Positions 59,687 to 64,000 of a stretch of DNA of 64,000 bases are shown here, piece after piece (position 1 is the first letter of the stretch; each line of letters opens with the position of its first letter). The DNA is from Methanobacteriota archaeon (GTDB lineage Archaea > Halobacteriota > Bog-38 > Methanoflorentales > Methanoflorentaceae). The notes under the pieces were generated by a model. It did not search any database. It worked only from the letters and a program-made list of their open reading frames with translations, and was not told the DNA's origin. The stretch spans positions 1,184,001-1,248,000 of the forward strand of contig OY970393.1 of the NCBI GenBank assembly GCA_963720465.1. Direction: 5' to 3'. The position numbers were made by a program, and so were the translations under genes.

Positions 59687-61606
59687 ATGGCAATCACCCG
59701 AGATTATCTTGTTGCTTTGCTAGCAGAGTATGGAATCGAAGACGAAACCATCCTTAATGCCGACATCAGCGCCGAAAGTCTTATTTTTGAACTAAATCGC
59801 CGCAAGATCACTGTGCCTGAACCTTTTTTCAAAGCGTTAGCGGAAACCCTACACCTCGCATTTATCCCAAAGGAGCAAATCTTAAGCAAGAGTTACTTGG
59901 CCCCCGGGTTGCCGTATGCGGTAATGAAAGAGAATTTGATGTTTTTACTAAAACTCTCGCGCGAGGGGGCGGAGCTCGTCACAGCAAATCCCCTCAATAC
60001 CACTTTTTTTGCAAAGCTCGAAAATATTTTTAGAGTGCCTATTACGATACATGTGACGTCAATCGATGCTATTGAAGAGGCTATTGAGCAAGGGTACACA
60101 GAGCTACACGCAGAAAGAGCGCTGGATGAATTACGGGAAAGAGCACCCGATGAATCTGCATACCGTGTCCTGTACCCTTGGCAGCAATACGGTATTATCA
60201 TCGTCTTAGTCGCCTTTCTTCTGTTGTTTGTAGTAAATTATCCGGTGTCACTTATTCTACTTTTTGGCGTGATAAACGTCGTATATTTCGGGCTAAATCT
60301 GTTCAAGTTTTGTGTATCGTTCCTCGGATTCCAAGGCTCACGATCAGAGGTGACCATACGAACTGAAGACATTAAGAAGCTTGATGACGTTGCGTGCCCC
60401 GTATTCACCCTATTTGTGCCGGTGTACGGTGATGCAGAGATGCTCCCGCATTTAATAAGGAATCTACATCGGTTAGATTACCCTAAAGATAAACTCGACA
60501 TAAAGATTTTGATGGAAGAAAAGGATGATGAAACGCTCGGTGCAGCCCGCAAATTGGGTCTATTTGGCGAGCCAGAGATGGTTCTAGAATCAATGAGCTC
60601 CGACGAGTACCGAGAGTTCCTCAAGCCATTTGAACCAATCATTGTTCCAGATGCTGATATTCACACAAAACCCCGTGCCTGCAATTATGGCCTACAAAGG
60701 GCACGAGGCGAATTCTGTGTTATATTTGATGCTGAAGACGATCCCGATCCCGATCAATTAAAGAAAGCTGTGTTGGCCTTTTCTCACGTTGATCAGGATT
60801 GTGTGTGCCTGCAATCTCGCTTGAATTTCTATAATCCAAAGGATAACGTGCTCACGCGCTGGTTCACTTTAGAATACTCATATTGGTATGATTTCTACCT
60901 TCACGGGGTAGAACGAATCGGGGCACCGATCCCGCTTGGAGGAACAAGCAACCACTTCAGAACCAAAGCGCTCCGCGACTTAGGTGGATGGGATCCGTAT
61001 AACGTCACAGAAGATGCCGATCTCGGCATACGGATCGCACGAAAGAAACTCAGAACGTCCATGCTAGACAGTTACACCTATGAAGAGGCGAACACAAAGT
61101 GGTGGAACTGGATCCGACAGCGATCTCGCTGGATTAAGGGGTATATTCAGACATATCTCGTGCATATGCGCCATCCACGTGAGTTACGTGCAGACTTAGG
61201 ATGGCGCAAATTTGCCCTCTTTCAACTCACACTCGGGAGTAGTGCTTTTGTCGTCCTCATCAATCCCATACTATGGCTGACGACGGTTCTAGCGATCTTG
61301 ATTCCAGGCATCTTCCCCTCCCTATTCTATTATCCACTAGCGTACGTATGTCTCTTCAACTTGATTATCGGTAATGCTTTTTTTATTATCACACAGGTAA
61401 TTGCTACGGTGAAAGAACGGGAGTACTCGCTCATTCCATTTGCGCTGATTGTCCCTATATATTGGGCCTTGATGAGCATAGCGGGTTGGAAAGGTGCTAT
61501 GCAACTCCTCACAAAACCATTTTACTGGGAAAAGACACAGCACGGGATTAGTAAGTCGGACCGGCAAGAACGCCTAACAGAGGAGGCGCACGTTTCAGTG
61601 GATTGA
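59687..61606 (+). CDS. Membrane GT2 processive-type glycosyltransferase with N-terminal MshEN/T2SSE_N-like domain
   Basis: TKPRACNYG, FDAED, GGTSNHF, TEDADLG and RQRSRW (QxxRW), TM helices, and WEKTQHG. The N-domain has ALAETLHLAFI...VTANPLN...IEEAIEQ.Y. Confidence 0.88.
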   Translation: MAITRDYLVALLAEYGIEDETILNADISAESLIFELNRRKITVPEPFFKALAETLHLAFIPKEQILSKSYLAPGLPYAVMKENLMFLLKLSREGAELVTANPLNTTFFAKLENIFRVPITIHVTSIDAIEEAIEQGYTELHAERALDELRERAPDESAYRVLYPWQQYGIIIVLVAFLLLFVVNYPVSLILLFGVINVVYFGLNLFKFCVSFLGFQGSRSEVTIRTEDIKKLDDVACPVFTLFVPVYGDAEMLPHLIRNLHRLDYPKDKLDIKILMEEKDDETLGAARKLGLFGEPEMVLESMSSDEYREFLKPFEPIIVPDADIHTKPRACNYGLQRARGEFCVIFDAEDDPDPDQLKKAVLAFSHVDQDCVCLQSRLNFYNPKDNVLTRWFTLEYSYWYDFYLHGVERIGAPIPLGGTSNHFRTKALRDLGGWDPYNVTEDADLGIRIARKKLRTSMLDSYTYEEANTKWWNWIRQRSRWIKGYIQTYLVHMRHPRELRADLGWRKFALFQLTLGSSAFVVLINPILWLTTVLAILIPGIFPSLFYYPLAYVCLFNLIIGNAFFIITQVIATVKEREYSLIPFALIVPIYWALMSIAGWKGAMQLLTKPFYWEKTQHGISKSDRQERLTEEAHVSVD

Positions 61607-62079
61607 TTCCATTTTGAAGTTTCACGAGCGAATGAACCCAGTTAACCATCTCTTAGTAGACGATTGTCGAAGTTGATAAGGAACAGAGATGTCCGATCTT
61701 TCAACGCAGCAGTTGCTCAACCGGCGCTGTCCGGAATACACGCGTCATGGACGCGATCACGCATCCCACGTGGCACAACTTTAACGATTCTTCGATGGCC
61801 AGCTCCAGCGCATTATTGAAGAGGCCGTGAGTCGCTGCCAGTTCATCGTTCCAACTCCCACGCTCCGGATTGTTCATTGGATTGAGCGACAGTTACAAGA
61901 TTCTCACTCTTCTCATTACGCATGAAGCGGGACTAGAAGGGCGGGAGGGCTTCTCGAAACTTGGGTACTCCCCACGGTTCACCAACCACTCCGATACAAG
62001 CTCAAAGCGCGGAATGTGGCAAAGAGCGGCAAGGTTAAAGAGCCATCGTTGTGCCATTTGCTTTGAGGATGATGGCAGC

Positions 62080-62565
62080 ATGGTTAACGTGTTAGTGGTT
62101 TACTATTCGCGCACAGGAAATACCAGAACAATGGCAGAAATAATAGCCGACGCGGCGGACGAAGACGGCGCTGTGGTCAGACTTAAAGAGGTGGCCGATG
62201 CGTCAAATGACGACCTTGTTTGGGCTGATGGCATCGTTATCGGCTCACCCGTCTACTTCGGCCTCCCGGCAAGCGAGATCAAGAAGTTCATCGAAGACTC
62301 GATCAGTGTCAGGAGGCAATTGGAAAACAAGGTCGGCGCTGCTTTTGTCAGCTCGGGACACCGTGCAGGAGGGAGGGAAACCACCGTTATGGCACTCCTC
62401 CAGGCGTTCATCGTGCACGGCATGGTCGTATGCGGCGACCCGATCTCCTGCGGGGGGCACTTTGGCGCTGTTGCTACCGGAGCGCCTGACGATCAGGCCT
62501 CGCAGGAGTGCAGGGGTTTGGCGAAAAAAGTGGTACTGCTTGCCACGAAATTGCAAAGCGGGTAA
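62080..62565 (+). CDS. Flavodoxin-like NAD(P)H oxidoreductase (WrbA family)
   Basis: YYSRTGNT, GSPVYFG, KVGAAFVSSG and GGRETT motifs. Confidence 0.9.
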   Translation: MVNVLVVYYSRTGNTRTMAEIIADAADEDGAVVRLKEVADASNDDLVWADGIVIGSPVYFGLPASEIKKFIEDSISVRRQLENKVGAAFVSSGHRAGGRETTVMALLQAFIVHGMVVCGDPISCGGHFGAVATGAPDDQASQECRGLAKKVVLLATKLQSG

Positions 62566-62761
62566 CGCGCGTTCGAGTGCAATGAGGGTGTCTTAAACGT
62601 CCACACGTCAGCTCTCGCACAAAAAAGGACTCACGACGCGGCATAGCTAAGATATCCGCTTCAGCTCGTTCAGGTTTCCAAAACGTTTTATAACGGCAGC
62701 GCCAACTCTCCCTGTCGGAGCGCCTGTCGAAAGCGATAGGCGACGGCGAGAGGTGTGTGAC

Positions 62762-62923
62762 ATGAAAATGCTTACCAAGTTGGTCGCGATCATACTGCTG
62801 CTCATTTCGGTGATATTCAGCGCGTACCACCAAGTAGCTCACGGGGTGAGTTCCCTTGAGAGTGCGGGCATCGTTTTGCAGCTTATCGTGATCGTCCTTC
62901 TGATTGTTGATAAGCGGGCATAG
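62762..62923 (+). CDS. Small two-TM membrane protein (53 aa)
   Basis: MKMLTKLVAIILLLISVIFSAYHQVAHGVSSLESAGIVLQLIVIVLLIVDKRA* with a GAGGTG RBS. Confidence 0.55.
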   Translation: MKMLTKLVAIILLLISVIFSAYHQVAHGVSSLESAGIVLQLIVIVLLIVDKRA

Positions 62924-63141
62924 GACAGCGGACCATAAAACGGCTAAGGCCGGATTCCGCACGACGAAAGCCGCGACGCTGTTCGCGGCAAGGCGTAAGT
63001 GGCATTGAGGCTTTTTTTGATCGCTACGACACCCTAAATTTCACACCTAGAAAGACTTAAGCTCTTTCGCTTACAGAATCGATTTAAGAACGTCGTACTT
63101 TTCATCGTGACGCTCCGGCAACCGAGCGTCGTACCAAACTC

Positions 63142-63594
63142 GTGTCAAACATACTGCAACTCGCCCTCGCGTTCATCTACGTGCTCGTCGTGCCGGGATT
63201 TGCCGTGTCGCTGGCGGCATTCCCCAGGTTCAACCAGCTGGAGATCACCGAGCGACTCGCGCTGTCGATCGGGCTAAGTCTCACGATCGTCATCACCTTC
63301 GGACTGGTTATTGGTTATGTCCCATCTCTCGTCGCCGCAACAGGCGGCATCACGGCGTACTCGCTGTTCTTCGGCATCGGCCTGATAACCGTATTTTTCC
63401 TGGTCATTTGGATGCTGAGACGGGCGAATCTGGCAGTTATCGACAGGCGTGAAGCGGCCCGACCCGAACGCGAGATGGTATTAGACGCTCGCACTGCCAA
63501 GCCTGTGCGCCCTCAGGACACAACACAAGCAGCGGCCAGACCGCGAGAAGCTGCGCCGCGCGGCGCTACGCGACGACGACCGCCGCAGACGTAA
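63142..63594 (+). CDS. DUF1616-like membrane protein (N-terminal membrane domain only)
   Basis: VPGFAVSLAAFP...ERLALSIGLS motif. Confidence 0.78.
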   Translation: MSNILQLALAFIYVLVVPGFAVSLAAFPRFNQLEITERLALSIGLSLTIVITFGLVIGYVPSLVAATGGITAYSLFFGIGLITVFFLVIWMLRRANLAVIDRREAARPEREMVLDARTAKPVRPQDTTQAAARPREAAPRGATRRRPPQT

Positions 63595-63877
63595 GGAGTC
63601 AGGACCCAGCGCGGCGCTGAGCTGTAATAGCTGCTGACCGAAGCAACGGTCGACGAATGCGCGCTGCGACGGAACACCGCTTCTCATCATAGATGCACAA
63701 TCCGACCCTAGAACGTCTAGCTTATCCTCCTTTTAGTGCGTCTGCTGATGGTGTTCAAGAGATCTGATTGTCGCCGTTCATCAGCTTTTTCAGGACAGCG
63801 GCTTTATATCGTCCAAGTCATCTTCTATTGGCCTTGAACGAGGCCTCATCCGTATGAAAAGGAGGTTCGAGATAGAA

Positions 63878-64000
63878 ATGGACTATGAAAAGGAAATGAA
63901 TGACTTGAAAGAACGCGTCTCCAAGCTCGAGCATCGTTTGGACGACTTACGATCAGAGGTGAAAACGCTGTATAACCAGATGGAGCGCGATAGCGCCGGC
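63878..64000 (+). CDS. Coiled-coil protein, partial (runs off the right edge)
   Basis: GGAGGT RBS. MDYEKEMNDLKERVSKLEHRLDDLRSEVKTLY shows a heptad pattern. Confidence 0.55.
   Translation, partial: MDYEKEMNDLKERVSKLEHRLDDLRSEVKTLYNQMERDSAG

Overview
Archaeal DNA, most likely Halobacteriota or methanogen-like. The basis is DUF1616 and DUF1724 proteins, BRE/TATA-type promoters, GGAGG/GGTGA ribosome-binding sites and a tRNA without encoded CCA. About 1-48 kb is a large cell-surface glycan and envelope locus. It holds a UDP-HexNAc epimerase and dehydrogenase, a Wzx flippase, a polytopic polymerase/GT-C-like protein, an asparagine-synthetase-like amide ligase, a methyltransferase, five GT4, three GT2 and one AT-rich GT14. 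It also holds two modular Ig-like surface proteins, a DUF4012 protein, a nucleotidyltransferase-HAD fusion and several gene relics. About 48-64 kb holds a chagasin-type inhibitor, GAP and DedA membrane proteins, a two-component cluster, an MshEN-like/GT2 synthase and a flavodoxin. The best candidate for an undescribed system is a solitary, non-canonical tRNA-Gly(UCC) at 3721-3792. It has A33 instead of the near-invariant U33, an A/U-rich T-stem and C3:G70. It sits inside the glycan locus next to four FemABX-like GNAT genes plus a relic of a fifth. This suggests a dedicated non-proteinogenic tRNA supplying glycine for tRNA-dependent modification of an archaeal surface glycan (inference). Three single-base frameshifts in the right third may be assembly errors. 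All family calls are from motif recognition by eye; no searches were run.
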